Origin: Thermoanaerobaculia bacterium
Lineage (GTDB): Bacteria > Acidobacteriota > Thermoanaerobaculia > Multivoradales > UBA5704
Direction: 5' to 3'
DNA length: 38,763 nt
Assembly: GCA_044226625.1 (NCBI GenBank)
Contig: JBGAGQ010000057.1
Location: forward strand, 1-38,763
How positions within the stretch are numbered: the first letter of the stretch is position 1; each line of letters starts with the position of its first letter. Shown piece by piece: positions 1 to 9,268 of the stretch. The notes beneath the pieces are model-generated. The model was given only the letters and a program-made list of their open reading frames with translations. It was not told where the DNA came from and ran no database searches. The position numbers and the translations under genes were made by a program.

Positions 1-2
1 GG

Positions 3-953
3 CGGAACGTGCGGCTCGCGATCGCGGCAGACGTCGCGACCGCCTGGTTCGATCTCCTGGTGTTCGAGCGGGAGCTCGCGATCACCCGGGAGACCCTCGA
101 CACCCGGGGCGAATCGGTCCGCCTGCAGAAAGTCCGCTACGACGCGGGCACCATCTCCGAGCTCGATTTCGCGCAAGCCCAGTCGGAGCTTGCGGCGGCC
201 GAGGCCACGGTGCCCGCCCTCACCCGCGCGATCCGCCAGACCGAGAATCGCCTGAACGTCCTGCTCGGCCGGGTCGGCGGCGCGATCGACCGGCCCGGGA
301 GCTCGCTCGAGGCGACGAAGTTGCCGGAGATCCCGGTGGGCCTGCCGTCGGAGTTGCTCGCCCGGCGTCCCGACGTGATCGCGGCCGAGCAGCGGCTGAT
401 CGCGGCGAACGCGCGTATCGGCATCGCCCGCGCGGCCTACTTCCCCTCGATCTCGCTCACCGCTTACGCCGGCTCGGAGAGCACGGACCTCGGCGATCTG
501 CTCTCGTCCGGCACGGGGATCTGGCAGGCCGCCCTCGGCGTCCTCCAGCCGATCTGGAACGCGGGCCGCACCCGGCGTCAAGTAGAGGCTGCGGCCGCGC
601 GTGAGAAGCAGGCCGAGGCCGCGTACCAAAAGTCGATCCAGACCGCGTTCGCCGAGGTCGAAGATGCCCTGGTCGCCCGTTCGACCGGAGCCGTCGAGCG
701 CGAGGCGCGAGAGCGCCAGGTCGAAGCGCTCGGCCGCGCGCACCGGCTGGCCGACATCCGGTACGACGCCGGAGAGTCCTCGTATTTCGAGGTCCTGGAC
801 GCGCAGCGCAACCAGTTCCTCGCCCAGCTCAACTGGGCCGGGGCGCGCCGCAACGAGCTGGCCGCCGCTGTCGCGCTGTTCAAAGCGCTGGGGGGCGGGT
901 GGGAGCCGCCGGCGACCCCGCCGACCGAGCCGGTGGCCGAGCCGACGCCATAA
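3..953 (+). CDS. Efflux transporter outer-membrane subunit (OprM/NodT/TolC family), 5'-truncated by the window edge
   Basis: Motifs 'GLPSELLARRPDVIAAEQRLIAANARIGIARAAYFPSISLT', 'AFAEVEDAL' and C-terminal 'LFKALGGGW' are typical of OprM/NodT proteins; the frame is open from the window start. Confidence 0.95.
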   Translation, partial: RNVRLAIAADVATAWFDLLVFERELAITRETLDTRGESVRLQKVRYDAGTISELDFAQAQSELAAAEATVPALTRAIRQTENRLNVLLGRVGGAIDRPGSSLEATKLPEIPVGLPSELLARRPDVIAAEQRLIAANARIGIARAAYFPSISLTAYAGSESTDLGDLLSSGTGIWQAALGVLQPIWNAGRTRRQVEAAAAREKQAEAAYQKSIQTAFAEVEDALVARSTGAVEREARERQVEALGRAHRLADIRYDAGESSYFEVLDAQRNQFLAQLNWAGARRNELAAAVALFKALGGGWEPPATPPTEPVAEPTP

Positions 954-963
954 TCCTGAAGCC

Positions 964-991
964 GGCTCCGCCCTCTTGTGGGGGCGGAGCC
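964..991. terminator. GC-rich hairpin between convergent genes (putative terminator or REP-like)
   Basis: GGCTCCGCCCTC-TTGT-GGGGGCGGAGCC forms a 12-bp stem with one G:T pair, 10 nt after the efflux gene stop; no U-tract. Confidence 0.5.
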
Positions 992-1090
992 TGTGGCGAC
1001 ACTTGCCTCGGCAGCTGCGAGGCGTGCGCGAGCGCCAACTGCACGGGGCCGAGCTGCAGTTACAGCTCGCCGATGAATGTGCATCTCTTT

Positions 1091-1336
1091 TCAGCGAGCG
1101 CCGGCCATCATCTCTTCCTTCCTTGCCCGCCGCAGCTTCTTGATCCTTCGCTCCTCACGTAGCGCTTCGCTCCAGGTTTGGACCTCGATCGACCAGGCGA
1201 GGTCGACCGGCAAACGCGAGCGGGTGTAGCGGGAGGCCTTGCCGGCCTGATGCTCGCGCAAGCGCCGGGCGAGGTCGACGGCGGCTCCCGCGTAGAGCGT
1301 TCCGTCGCGGCAGCGCAGCAGGTAGACGAACGGCAT
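1091..1336 (-). CDS. Small GIY-YIG nuclease family protein (UPF0213/YazA-like)
   Basis: 'FVYLLRCRDGTLYAG...DLARRLREHQAGKASRYTRSRLPV...ALREERRIKKL.R..KE' pattern; 81 aa. Confidence 0.9.
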   Translation of the reverse strand: MPFVYLLRCRDGTLYAGAAVDLARRLREHQAGKASRYTRSRLPVDLAWSIEVQTWSEALREERRIKKLRRARKEEMMAGAR

Positions 1337-1493
1337 GCGGCGGATGCTACCCGGGGACCCGGAAGCGGTCGAGGCGCTTCGGGTCGCAGCACTCCTTCGG
1401 GTTCTACCGCCTGTGATAGCTTGCTCGCCCGGATTTGAAAAAAAAAGTCATGGCTGCGCTGGGCGTCGGGTTCCGGCGTCGGGGAAGAGGTAG

Positions 1494-1991
1494 ATGATCC
1501 GGCGGGGTGACGTGGCAAAAGTGCATTCGGCGTCGCGGGCGCTGCTCGCAATCGCGCTTTGGATCTCGGTCGCGGGCTGCGCGAAGCTGCCGCGCGCGCG
1601 TTCGTTCTTCGGCGGCTCTTTCCGGATGGACGTGACGGTCGAGGCCGGAATCAACCAGAACAGTCCGGTGCCGGTCGAGGTCGTCCTGGTTTACGACTCC
1701 TCTCTCTTCGGCACGCTCTCGAAGATGACCGCCGCGCAATGGTTCGCCGGTCGCGCTCAATTTCTTCTCGACAACCCGGAGGGGGACGGCTGGAGCTCTC
1801 AGATGTGGCAATGGGTGCCGGGTGAAACGGTCACCTCGCCCGAGATCTCCTATCGACCCGGAATCAACGGCGCGATCCTCTTTGCCGGCTACTTTTCGCC
1901 CGGCGCGCATCGGGCGATCTTCCAGCCGTTCCACGACCAGAGACTGACCCTTCATTCGACCGATTTCTCGCTGGTTCGAATCCGGGATTGA
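1494..1991 (+). CDS. tssJ: T6SS TssJ-like lipoprotein
   Basis: Signal peptide with lipobox VAGC, 'INQNSPVPVEVVLVYD' and 'ILFAGYFSPGAHR' segments, size (165 aa) and position directly before tssL-tssM; purine-rich RBS at 1481-1490. Confidence 0.65.
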   Translation: MIRRGDVAKVHSASRALLAIALWISVAGCAKLPRARSFFGGSFRMDVTVEAGINQNSPVPVEVVLVYDSSLFGTLSKMTAAQWFAGRAQFLLDNPEGDGWSSQMWQWVPGETVTSPEISYRPGINGAILFAGYFSPGAHRAIFQPFHDQRLTLHSTDFSLVRIRD

Positions 1992-1999
1992 ACTGCGCG

Positions 2000-2830
2000 A
2001 TGGCCGCCCCCTCCCTGCCGACCGATCCGGTGTTGCGCTTCCGCGCCTTCGCGGCGGAGGTGGCCGAGATTCTCGACCAGCTCGCGGCGGGCACGTTGCC
2101 GGTGCGCACCGCGCCTTCCGGCTCGGCGGGCTCGGGCGGCTCGAACACCGCGGCGACCGCCGCCTCGATGGCCGCGTCGGGCGCGACCGCTCCGACAGCC
2201 ACCAGCGCCACGGCCTCTCCGCCGGCGATCTATGACGCGGTTCGCGTCCGCCTCGTACCGTTCCTCGCGCCGCCCGCGGCCGGAAGTGCGTCGAACCCGC
2301 TCACCGACATCTCGCGTTATCTGATGGCGACGTTCGGCGACGACACGTTTCTGAACCTCGACTGGGCGGGTCAGGTCGCCTGGCAGCGGTCGACACTCGA
2401 AAAGCAGTTCTTCGGCACCGAGGACGGAGCGACGGAGGTCCTCTCCCGGATCGACCAGCTGATCGCGGCTCCCGGACCTCGAGCCGTCCCCCAGGCGCGG
2501 ATGTACCTGATCGCGCTCGCCCTCGGCTTCGAAGGCGCGCTGCGGGGTACGACCGGTGCCGAGGCCGAGCTGGCGGAAAAGCGCCGGTCGCTCGGAGCGC
2601 TCATCGCGGCCGGCGATCCGCGCGATCCGGCCACGGCCGGGCGGCTGTTTCCCGACGCCTATCGCCACACGCTCGAAGGCGGCAAGCCGCAGACCCTGCC
2701 GCGCGCGGGCGTCTGGGCGCTCTCGCTGCTCCTGGTCCTCCTCGCCTGGTGGGCGATCTCTTGGCCGCTCTGGCGCGCGGGCACCGCCGAGCTCCGCTCC
2801 CTCCTCCAGACGATCCTGCCGGCGAGCTGA
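2000..2830 (+). CDS. tssL: DotU/TssL family T6SS inner-membrane protein
   Basis: 'YLMATFGDDTFL...W.....W....LEKQFFGT..G', 'MYLIALALGFEG..RG' and a single C-terminal TM helix; no OmpA domain. ATG at 2000 chosen; an alternative TTG at 1988 overlaps the tssJ stop. Confidence 0.9.
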   Translation: MAAPSLPTDPVLRFRAFAAEVAEILDQLAAGTLPVRTAPSGSAGSGGSNTAATAASMAASGATAPTATSATASPPAIYDAVRVRLVPFLAPPAAGSASNPLTDISRYLMATFGDDTFLNLDWAGQVAWQRSTLEKQFFGTEDGATEVLSRIDQLIAAPGPRAVPQARMYLIALALGFEGALRGTTGAEAELAEKRRSLGALIAAGDPRDPATAGRLFPDAYRHTLEGGKPQTLPRAGVWALSLLLVLLAWWAISWPLWRAGTAELRSLLQTILPAS

Positions 2831-5800
2831 TGGACGCCCTCTCTTCCACCTCGGCACCCTACCTGCTCCTCTGGGCCCTCGCGCTCGCGCTCGGGCTCGC
2901 ACTGGTGCTCTGGCTCGCGCTCCGGCATTCGCGCCGCGAGGGGGGGCTTCGAGAGGTGGCCGAGGATCCGTCGACCACGGTGGTCGATTTCTCCGGCGAA
3001 TCGAGCGACGCCGAGATCCGCGCGACTTTCTCGCGCGGCCTCGAGCTGCTCGCGCGCCTCGCTCCCGGGCGCAACGGCCGGTATCAGCTCCCGTGGTACG
3101 TGATGATCGGTGGCACGCCGCAGGAGAACGCCGAGATCCTCGCGAGCCTCCGGATCCCCTTGCCGTTCGGGGCGCCGCCGGGACCGGCGGGGCCTGTCTC
3201 GTGGTGGATCTTCGACCGCGCCGTGGTGATCGAGGCCTCGGGCGCGGCCTCGGCGGTCGATGCCGAAGGGGCTCCCGCGCCGGGCGCCTGGATGGAGCTG
3301 CTCCGATGCCTGCGCACCACCCGGCCGGCACGGCCGATCGATGGATTGGTCGTGGCGATCCCGGCCTCCGACCTCGAAGGGGTCGAACCGAGCTCGGCCG
3401 CGGTGCAGACCCGCTCGACCCTGTTGGCCACCCGGGCTGCGCAGCTCGTCGAGAGGCTCGGTTTCCGCCTACCGGTCCACGTCGCGATCACCGGCACCGA
3501 GACGCTCTCGGGCTTCTTGCCGACGGTCTCGACGATCGATCCGGAGGAGCGAGGGCAGATGCTCGCCTGGGCGAACGCCCAGGGGCTTTCCTCCGCCTAT
3601 TCGTCGGCCTGGGTGTCGGAGGCGATCGCGACGCTCGCCCGCGGCTTCGCCCGGTATCAGCTCGAGACGTTCGCGGAGGCGACGCTGCCGGACGACGTGC
3701 GCCAGGTCTACCTCTTCCCGCAGCAGGTGGCGGCGCTCGAGCCGGCGCTCTCGGCTTACCTGAACCGGATCTTCCTGCCGAGCAGCGACGCCGAGCCCTC
3801 CTTCCTGCGCAGCATCGGCCTCTGCGGCAAGGCGTCGGCCGACCCAGCGGCATCGGCCGACACTCCGGAGACGCTCGCGAATTTCGGCTGGGCGCGCGGC
3901 GACGCGAGCTCCGGCTCTTCGACCAGCGCGGAGGTCTCGTTCGTCGAGGACTTGTTCGGGGCGAAGGTCTTTCCGGAGCGCGCGCTCGCCCGGCCGGCCG
4001 GCTCGACGGAGCAACGCCGGCTCAAGCTCGGCCACGTCCTGCGCGCGGCGACGGTGGTCGCGGCGCTCGCCGCGATCGTCGGTCTGCTCTACGGGCCGTA
4101 CCAGGTAGGCAAGAGGACGGGGGTGCTCGATCCCTGGCTCGAGCGCGCCTCGAGCCGCCTGCATGCCGATCCGGACGCCGGCGATGCGCTCGACTCCGAC
4201 CGCATCCTGCTCTCGGATCTCGGGGCGATCCGATCGTTCGAGGTGCAGACTTGGATGCTCCCGGCGTCCTGGGGCACCGGCGTCGATCGCGACGTGCGCG
4301 GGGCGATCTCGACCACCCACGTGGGAATCTTCCTGCCCGACGTCCGCAAGGGTCTCCTCGACCGGCGGACCGCCCTCGCTCGCGGCGCCGTCCCTCGCCC
4401 GGCGCCCAAGCAGCAGGGTGCGGGTGCGGTCGAATCGACCGGCGAGTTCCTCGACCTCGCGGGGTTCGCGCGTCGGCTCTCGGAGCTCGAGGCGCAGGCG
4501 CGGCGCTACGACACTTTCGCCGGCGGCCGGGGCCTGCCGGGTCGTCGGCTTCGCGACTTCGAGCAGCTCGCCCGCTTCGCGCTCGGTGTGACGTTCGCTC
4601 CGCCGACCTCCTCGGCGAAGACGTCCAATGCCCTGGCGCTTTCCACCGTCGCGCTGCCCGCCGATCAGGCGATCGCGATGGTGGCGCGGCCGGAGATGAC
4701 CGCCCGCGCGAACGCCTGGGTCGAAGCGCTGTTTCGGAAGATCTTCACCGCGAGCTGGGTACAGCTCGGCGCGAACGATCTCGCGGCGAGCATCGATGCT
4801 TTCGGTCGCACGCAGAGCGCGGGGGAGAAGGCGTTCCTCGAGATGCGCCGGCTGCTCGCGAAGATCCAGGCGTTCGAGCAGACGCTCGCCCGCCCCGATC
4901 AGCAATGGCTCGCCGCCGCGACCTTCTCACCCGGCGCCGCCTACGACGCGACGGTCGCCTCGCTCTCGCAGTCCGCCTGGCTCGGCTCGACCTTCGGTCC
5001 GTCGATGAACGCCCGTGGGAACCGGGGCTTCCGCCAGATGCAGAACGACCTGATCGCGGTCGAATCGGTGTTCGTCGGGCCCATCCTCGCCACCGCGGAC
5101 GGCCGGCCGAAGCTCGCGCTCGCGCCGGAGGCGGCGATGCTCGAGCCGGCGATCCAGGGGCTGCTCAACGAGCCGTTCGTGCCGCAGGATCCCGCCCAGA
5201 TCTGGCAGATGAATCTGCCGCCGGGCCAGCGCCTGACCTGGGACACGCAACGCTTGTCCGATACCGCCCTCCTGGGGGCGGCGTTCGACTCGTTCCTCGC
5301 CAAAGGTCTCCAGGTCTTCCCGCAGTCGCTTCGGCGCACCGCGGCTGAGGCAGCGCGCAACCGATTGAGTCTGGACGTCTCGAACAACCTAGCCGCCGCG
5401 CAGATCTTCACCCCCGCGCCCCCGCCGGCCGGTCAGACTCCGCTCGAGCTGGCGGTTCAGCAGGACGTGGCGAACTTCTCGACCTCGTCCACCTATCTCG
5501 GGCAGATCCTCGCCTATGGCCAGCGTCTCAATCTGTCCTATGGGGTCCGGCCGCTCGCCAACCTGATGGGACAGCAAGGGGTCTTCATCCTGCGCGAGGT
5601 CGAACGCCTGATGATCGCGTCGCGCCTCTATCTGCCGCAGCCGCGGAGCCTCGAACAGTGGAGCGGCGACGCGCCGCCTTCGCCCGACGCCTTCGGCGTG
5701 TCGAGCGCGTCGGCGCTGACCACCTACCTCGGGAGCCAGCGCAGCCGGGCGAGCCAGATCGCCAACGTCTACGCTCAGCCGGTTCTCGCGGGCCTGCAGC

Positions 5801-6987
5801 CGGCGACGGCTTACGTGCCCTCGATCGCGCTCCATCCTGTGGTCGGCGAATGGAACGCGATCCTCGCCGCGCTCAAGGCGGCGGGGCAGCAGACCGCCGG
5901 AGGCTCCGTCGCCGACCTCGAAGGATTCATCTCCGGGCCGATGGCGCAGATGACCGGAGCGACCTGCAAGAGCTATTTCTACGCCCCGCCGACGAGCTCG
6001 AACCCGACCTCTTGCGCTCAGGTCGCCCCGAGCGAGCCGGTCGATCCACCCGCGGGAAGAGATTTCTTCCGCCGCCGCGAGCGCGAGCTGTGGGCGACGC
6101 TCGGCGACCGTTGCGATCAGTTGGTTGCCCAGAACGCGCGGAGCGGCTACTGTGCTTTGCGCGCCTCGTTCGACAAGGAGCTCGCGCGCCAGTTTCCGTT
6201 CGCCGAGCACGATCCGCTCACGAACGGCGCCGAGGCGCAGCCCGCCGCGATCGCCCGTTTCTACCAGGTCTACGACCAGAAGCAGCCGCTGGTCGTGCAG
6301 GCGCCCACGGGAACCTTCGGTCCGCAGCAGCGCGAGATCGACGATTTCCTGGAGCGGATGTGCGAGGCGCGGCCGCTCTTTGCGACCTACCTCGCCAAGC
6401 CGAGTCAGGCGCCCATGCTCGACTTCAACGTCGTCTTCCGCGTCAATCGAAATCGAGAGATCGAAGGGCGACAGATCTTCAACTGGTCGCTCCGCTCGGG
6501 CGACCAGACGATCGCGACGACCAACCCCGGATCCACCGCGACCGCGCCGCCGTCGGCGGGGAGCCCGGCGAGCTCCGCCGACACGACGGTCGGCCGCTGG
6601 ACCTACGGACAGCCGGTCGCCGTCGCCTTCACCTGGGCCCAGAACTCACCGTGGCAGCCGGCGACGCGCGGCCTCGAGCCCAACGCCTCCTCCGACGGCA
6701 CGGTCGTCACCTATTCGTACGCCAACGCCTGGTCGCTCCTCTCGCTGCTGCGCAACCAGGAAGGCCAGGCGGCGGACTTTCCCGGTCTCACCGATCCCGA
6801 TCCGCAAACGTTGCGCTTCCTGATCAAGACCGTTCCCGACGCGCCACCGACGCCTCCGTTGCCGGACGACGTGCGGGTCTACGTCCGCGTGGCGCTCCAA
6901 TCGTCGGATCAGAAACAGCGTCTCGTCATGCCCACCTCATGGTGGACCACGGCGGCGCCGGCCTACGTCTGCCGACAGAATCCGTAG
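2830..6987 (+). CDS. tssM: IcmF/TssM family T6SS membrane-complex protein
   Basis: N-terminal TM, 'RYQLPWYVMIG', 'WWIFDRAVVIE', 'W..LL..L...RP.RPIDGLVVAIP', 'LGFRLPVHV..T..E...GF', second TM, long periplasmic part with 'FPF'. ATG at 2830 overlaps the tssL TGA (TGATG coupling). Confidence 0.9.
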   Translation: MDALSSTSAPYLLLWALALALGLALVLWLALRHSRREGGLREVAEDPSTTVVDFSGESSDAEIRATFSRGLELLARLAPGRNGRYQLPWYVMIGGTPQENAEILASLRIPLPFGAPPGPAGPVSWWIFDRAVVIEASGAASAVDAEGAPAPGAWMELLRCLRTTRPARPIDGLVVAIPASDLEGVEPSSAAVQTRSTLLATRAAQLVERLGFRLPVHVAITGTETLSGFLPTVSTIDPEERGQMLAWANAQGLSSAYSSAWVSEAIATLARGFARYQLETFAEATLPDDVRQVYLFPQQVAALEPALSAYLNRIFLPSSDAEPSFLRSIGLCGKASADPAASADTPETLANFGWARGDASSGSSTSAEVSFVEDLFGAKVFPERALARPAGSTEQRRLKLGHVLRAATVVAALAAIVGLLYGPYQVGKRTGVLDPWLERASSRLHADPDAGDALDSDRILLSDLGAIRSFEVQTWMLPASWGTGVDRDVRGAISTTHVGIFLPDVRKGLLDRRTALARGAVPRPAPKQQGAGAVESTGEFLDLAGFARRLSELEAQARRYDTFAGGRGLPGRRLRDFEQLARFALGVTFAPPTSSAKTSNALALSTVALPADQAIAMVARPEMTARANAWVEALFRKIFTASWVQLGANDLAASIDAFGRTQSAGEKAFLEMRRLLAKIQAFEQTLARPDQQWLAAATFSPGAAYDATVASLSQSAWLGSTFGPSMNARGNRGFRQMQNDLIAVESVFVGPILATADGRPKLALAPEAAMLEPAIQGLLNEPFVPQDPAQIWQMNLPPGQRLTWDTQRLSDTALLGAAFDSFLAKGLQVFPQSLRRTAAEAARNRLSLDVSNNLAAAQIFTPAPPPAGQTPLELAVQQDVANFSTSSTYLGQILAYGQRLNLSYGVRPLANLMGQQGVFILREVERLMIASRLYLPQPRSLEQWSGDAPPSPDAFGVSSASALTTYLGSQRSRASQIANVYAQPVLAGLQPATAYVPSIALHPVVGEWNAILAALKAAGQQTAGGSVADLEGFISGPMAQMTGATCKSYFYAPPTSSNPTSCAQVAPSEPVDPPAGRDFFRRRERELWATLGDRCDQLVAQNARSGYCALRASFDKELARQFPFAEHDPLTNGAEAQPAAIARFYQVYDQKQPLVVQAPTGTFGPQQREIDDFLERMCEARPLFATYLAKPSQAPMLDFNVVFRVNRNREIEGRQIFNWSLRSGDQTIATTNPGSTATAPPSAGSPASSADTTVGRWTYGQPVAVAFTWAQNSPWQPATRGLEPNASSDGTVVTYSYANAWSLLSLLRNQEGQAADFPGLTDPDPQTLRFLIKTVPDAPPTPPLPDDVRVYVRVALQSSDQKQRLVMPTSWWTTAAPAYVCRQNP

Positions 6988-7168
6988 TCACGCGGGTCGC
7001 GAATCGAAAAGGATTTCGCCGCCCGAGATGGAACGGAGACGCACCTGAGATAAAACCGCGGCACCGGCAACTTCTCTCCTGAAACCAGACATCTACGTCC
7101 CCGCGAGCAGTCGGGACGGAGATTCGATCCGCGGTGGCCGCGCGCCGCCGCCTCAGGAGAGGTCTGTC

Positions 7169-8635
7169 ATGTTCGATCGTTTTTCCATCCGCGGCGGTCT
7201 TCGAAACGTCTCGTCGTTCGCCTTCTTCACCGTCTTCGGCCTTCTCTTCGGCACATGGGGCGCCGCGCCTGGTCGCGCGCTCGTCTGTCCGGATCTCGAG
7301 TTCAAGTGCGCTCTCGGCGACACGTTCGAGATCGAGACGCATTTCGCGTTTCCCCACCATTGCGAGGCGAACGGCAGCGTCCAGCTCGCGGCGAGCCGCT
7401 ACTGCGACATGCAGGGCTGCGTCGGTGCGTTGCAGCGGACGGACGGCTGCAGCATCCCGGTCCCGGGGATGAATGCGATCTACAACGGTCTTTTCAAATC
7501 CGCCTGCGACCTGCACGACATCTGTTACGACACCGTCGGCACGACCCAGAGGGAATGCGACGCGAACTTCTACGACAACCTGATGGCGCTGTGCAGGCTC
7601 CCGGGCCTCGGCAAGTTGCGCTTCGGGGACTGCTACCTCAACGCGAACCTGATGTGGGCGGCGGTATCGGCCGTCGGCAAGAGCCATTTCGTCGACGGCC
7701 AAAAATGGGCGTCGGTCAACTGCTCGGAGGTCGACGTGCCGCCTCTTCCCGCTCCATTGGTCGATGACCCCATCCGGCTGCGTCCCAAGAAGAGCGGCGA
7801 CTTGGCGCTGTGCATCGACGCCGGCCGGATCGACGACGGCATGCCGGCTCATCTCTGTCCCGACGCGGGCGTCCCGAGCCAGCGCTGGACGATCCATCGA
7901 GAGACAAAGGACTACTACTCGTTGAAAGCCGATCTCTCCGAGAAGTGCCTCGACGTCAAAGACGGCAGCAAGGCCGACGGCGGCGCGATCCAGCAGTGGG
8001 TCTGCAGCACGTTCGACAACTCCAACCAGCGTTGGGCGCTCCTCCTCGACGGCTCCGACGGCTGGGTGCTACGCGCGAAGGTCTCCGGAAAGTGCCTCCA
8101 GTACAACACGCAGAACAACACCGTCGAGCAGAGGAGCTGCAGCGGCGGCGACGACCAGAGGTGGTTCCTGGAGAACGATCTGGAAGAGGGACTGCCTCCC
8201 CTCGGCAAAGATCTCCAGATCGTCGGCGTGGATTCCGACAAGGCGATCGGCATCGAAGGCTCGAAGATGGAGAACGGCGCGGGAACCGTTCTCGTCTATA
8301 CGGACCGCGACCAGAAGTCGCAGATTTGGCAGATCGAAACCGCCCCGAGCGGCTTCTTCTACCATCTGAAAGTCAAGCATTCGAACAAGTGCCTCGATCT
8401 CAAGGATGGGGGCACCGTCCAGGGCACTCGCGTACAGCAGGTGGACTGCGACGATGACGACCCGAACCAGCTCTGGGACTTGGAAGAAGTTTCCGGAGGT
8501 TGGTTGATCATGGCGCAGGTATCGGGGTTCTGCCTCGACGCCAAGGGTATCCAAGCCGCTGCGGGAACCGAGGTCTACTCCTGGCCCTGCACCGCCGCAA
8601 AGAACCAGGTCTGGCAGCTCAAGCCCCTGCAGTAA
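7169..8635 (+). CDS. Secreted protein: Cys-rich phospholipase A2-like domain plus two ricin-B lectin (beta-trefoil) domains
   Basis: Sec-type signal peptide; 'DGCSIP...FKSACDLHDICYDT...CDANFYDNL...C' resembles the secretory PLA2 catalytic His-Asp motif; C-terminal QxW repeats (SQRW, NQRW, DQRW, SQIW, NQLW, NQVW) with 'KCLD' motifs; AGGAGA RBS. Confidence 0.8.
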   Translation: MFDRFSIRGGLRNVSSFAFFTVFGLLFGTWGAAPGRALVCPDLEFKCALGDTFEIETHFAFPHHCEANGSVQLAASRYCDMQGCVGALQRTDGCSIPVPGMNAIYNGLFKSACDLHDICYDTVGTTQRECDANFYDNLMALCRLPGLGKLRFGDCYLNANLMWAAVSAVGKSHFVDGQKWASVNCSEVDVPPLPAPLVDDPIRLRPKKSGDLALCIDAGRIDDGMPAHLCPDAGVPSQRWTIHRETKDYYSLKADLSEKCLDVKDGSKADGGAIQQWVCSTFDNSNQRWALLLDGSDGWVLRAKVSGKCLQYNTQNNTVEQRSCSGGDDQRWFLENDLEEGLPPLGKDLQIVGVDSDKAIGIEGSKMENGAGTVLVYTDRDQKSQIWQIETAPSGFFYHLKVKHSNKCLDLKDGGTVQGTRVQQVDCDDDDPNQLWDLEEVSGGWLIMAQVSGFCLDAKGIQAAAGTEVYSWPCTAAKNQVWQLKPLQ

Positions 8636-8652
8636 GGAAAGACGCCGAGGCG

Positions 8653-8695
8653 CCGGGTCCGGGTTCGATCGGACAACGAACCCGAGCCCGGTCTT
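8653..8695 (+). terminator. Putative terminator hairpin after the PLA2-lectin gene
   Basis: CCGGGTCCGGGTTCG ... CGAACCCGAGCCCGG (13/15 complementary) followed by TCTT. Confidence 0.4.
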
Positions 8696-8737
8696 CGAGT
8701 TGGAATCCGCGGCCCGACGCGGCGGTTCCGGAGGGGC

Positions 8738-9268
8738 ATGACCGAGCTTCTTCCTTCCGCCACCGCCGTCGGGCCGGTCGCGCTCGCCGTCCGCGATCTC
8801 GACCGGTCGCTCGCCTACTACACCGAACGAATCGGGCTCGAGCGACTCTCGGAGGGAAGCGGTTTCGACCCCCGGACGATCGTTCTCGGCGCCGGCGGAC
8901 TTCCTCTCCTCGCGCTGGCCGAAAACCGTGCGGCTCGCGCCGTCCGCGGGACCACGGGCCTCTACCATTTCGCTCTCCTCGTTCCGTCCCGGTCCGAGCT
9001 CGGGGCCGTCCTGGCGCGCCTCGTCGCGTCGGGAACACGCCTGTCCGGCGCCGCGGATCACGGGGTGAGCGAGGCGCTCTATCTATCCGACCTCGAGGGC
9101 AACGGGATCGAGATCTACCGCGACCGGCCGCGCGAAGAGTGGCCGCGGCACGGGGAGAATCTGGAGATGTTCACCGAGGCGCTCGATCTCGAAGCATTGC
9201 TCTCGGAGGGGACCGCAGCCCCCGAGAGGTCGAGCCTGCCGGCGGGCACCACGATGGGTCTGGTGTAG
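8738..9268 (+). pseudogene. VOC family / CatE-like extradiol dioxygenase, C-terminally truncated
   Basis: 'VGPVALAVRDLDRSLAYY', 'GLYHFALLVPSR', 'GAADHGVSEALYLSDLEGNGIEIYRDRP' match CatE-like two-domain VOC proteins; the reading stops at 'LPAGTTMGLV*', where such proteins normally continue 'GHVHL...' into the second domain. Confidence 0.75.

Noticed and set aside
1091-1336. GIY-YIG gene as a homing endonuclease or as the mobiliser of the REP elements
   Set aside because: Small stand-alone UPF0213-type protein; REP mobilisation is attributed to HUH/RAYT transposases, and none is seen here.
1494-8635. Complete canonical T6SS
   Set aside because: Only membrane-complex genes are present; the sheath and tube genes in the window are of phage/eCIS type, not TssBC/Hcp.
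7169-8635. PLA2-lectin as tube-loaded eCIS cargo
   Set aside because: A Sec-type signal peptide and many Cys argue for periplasmic folding rather than cytoplasmic loading.
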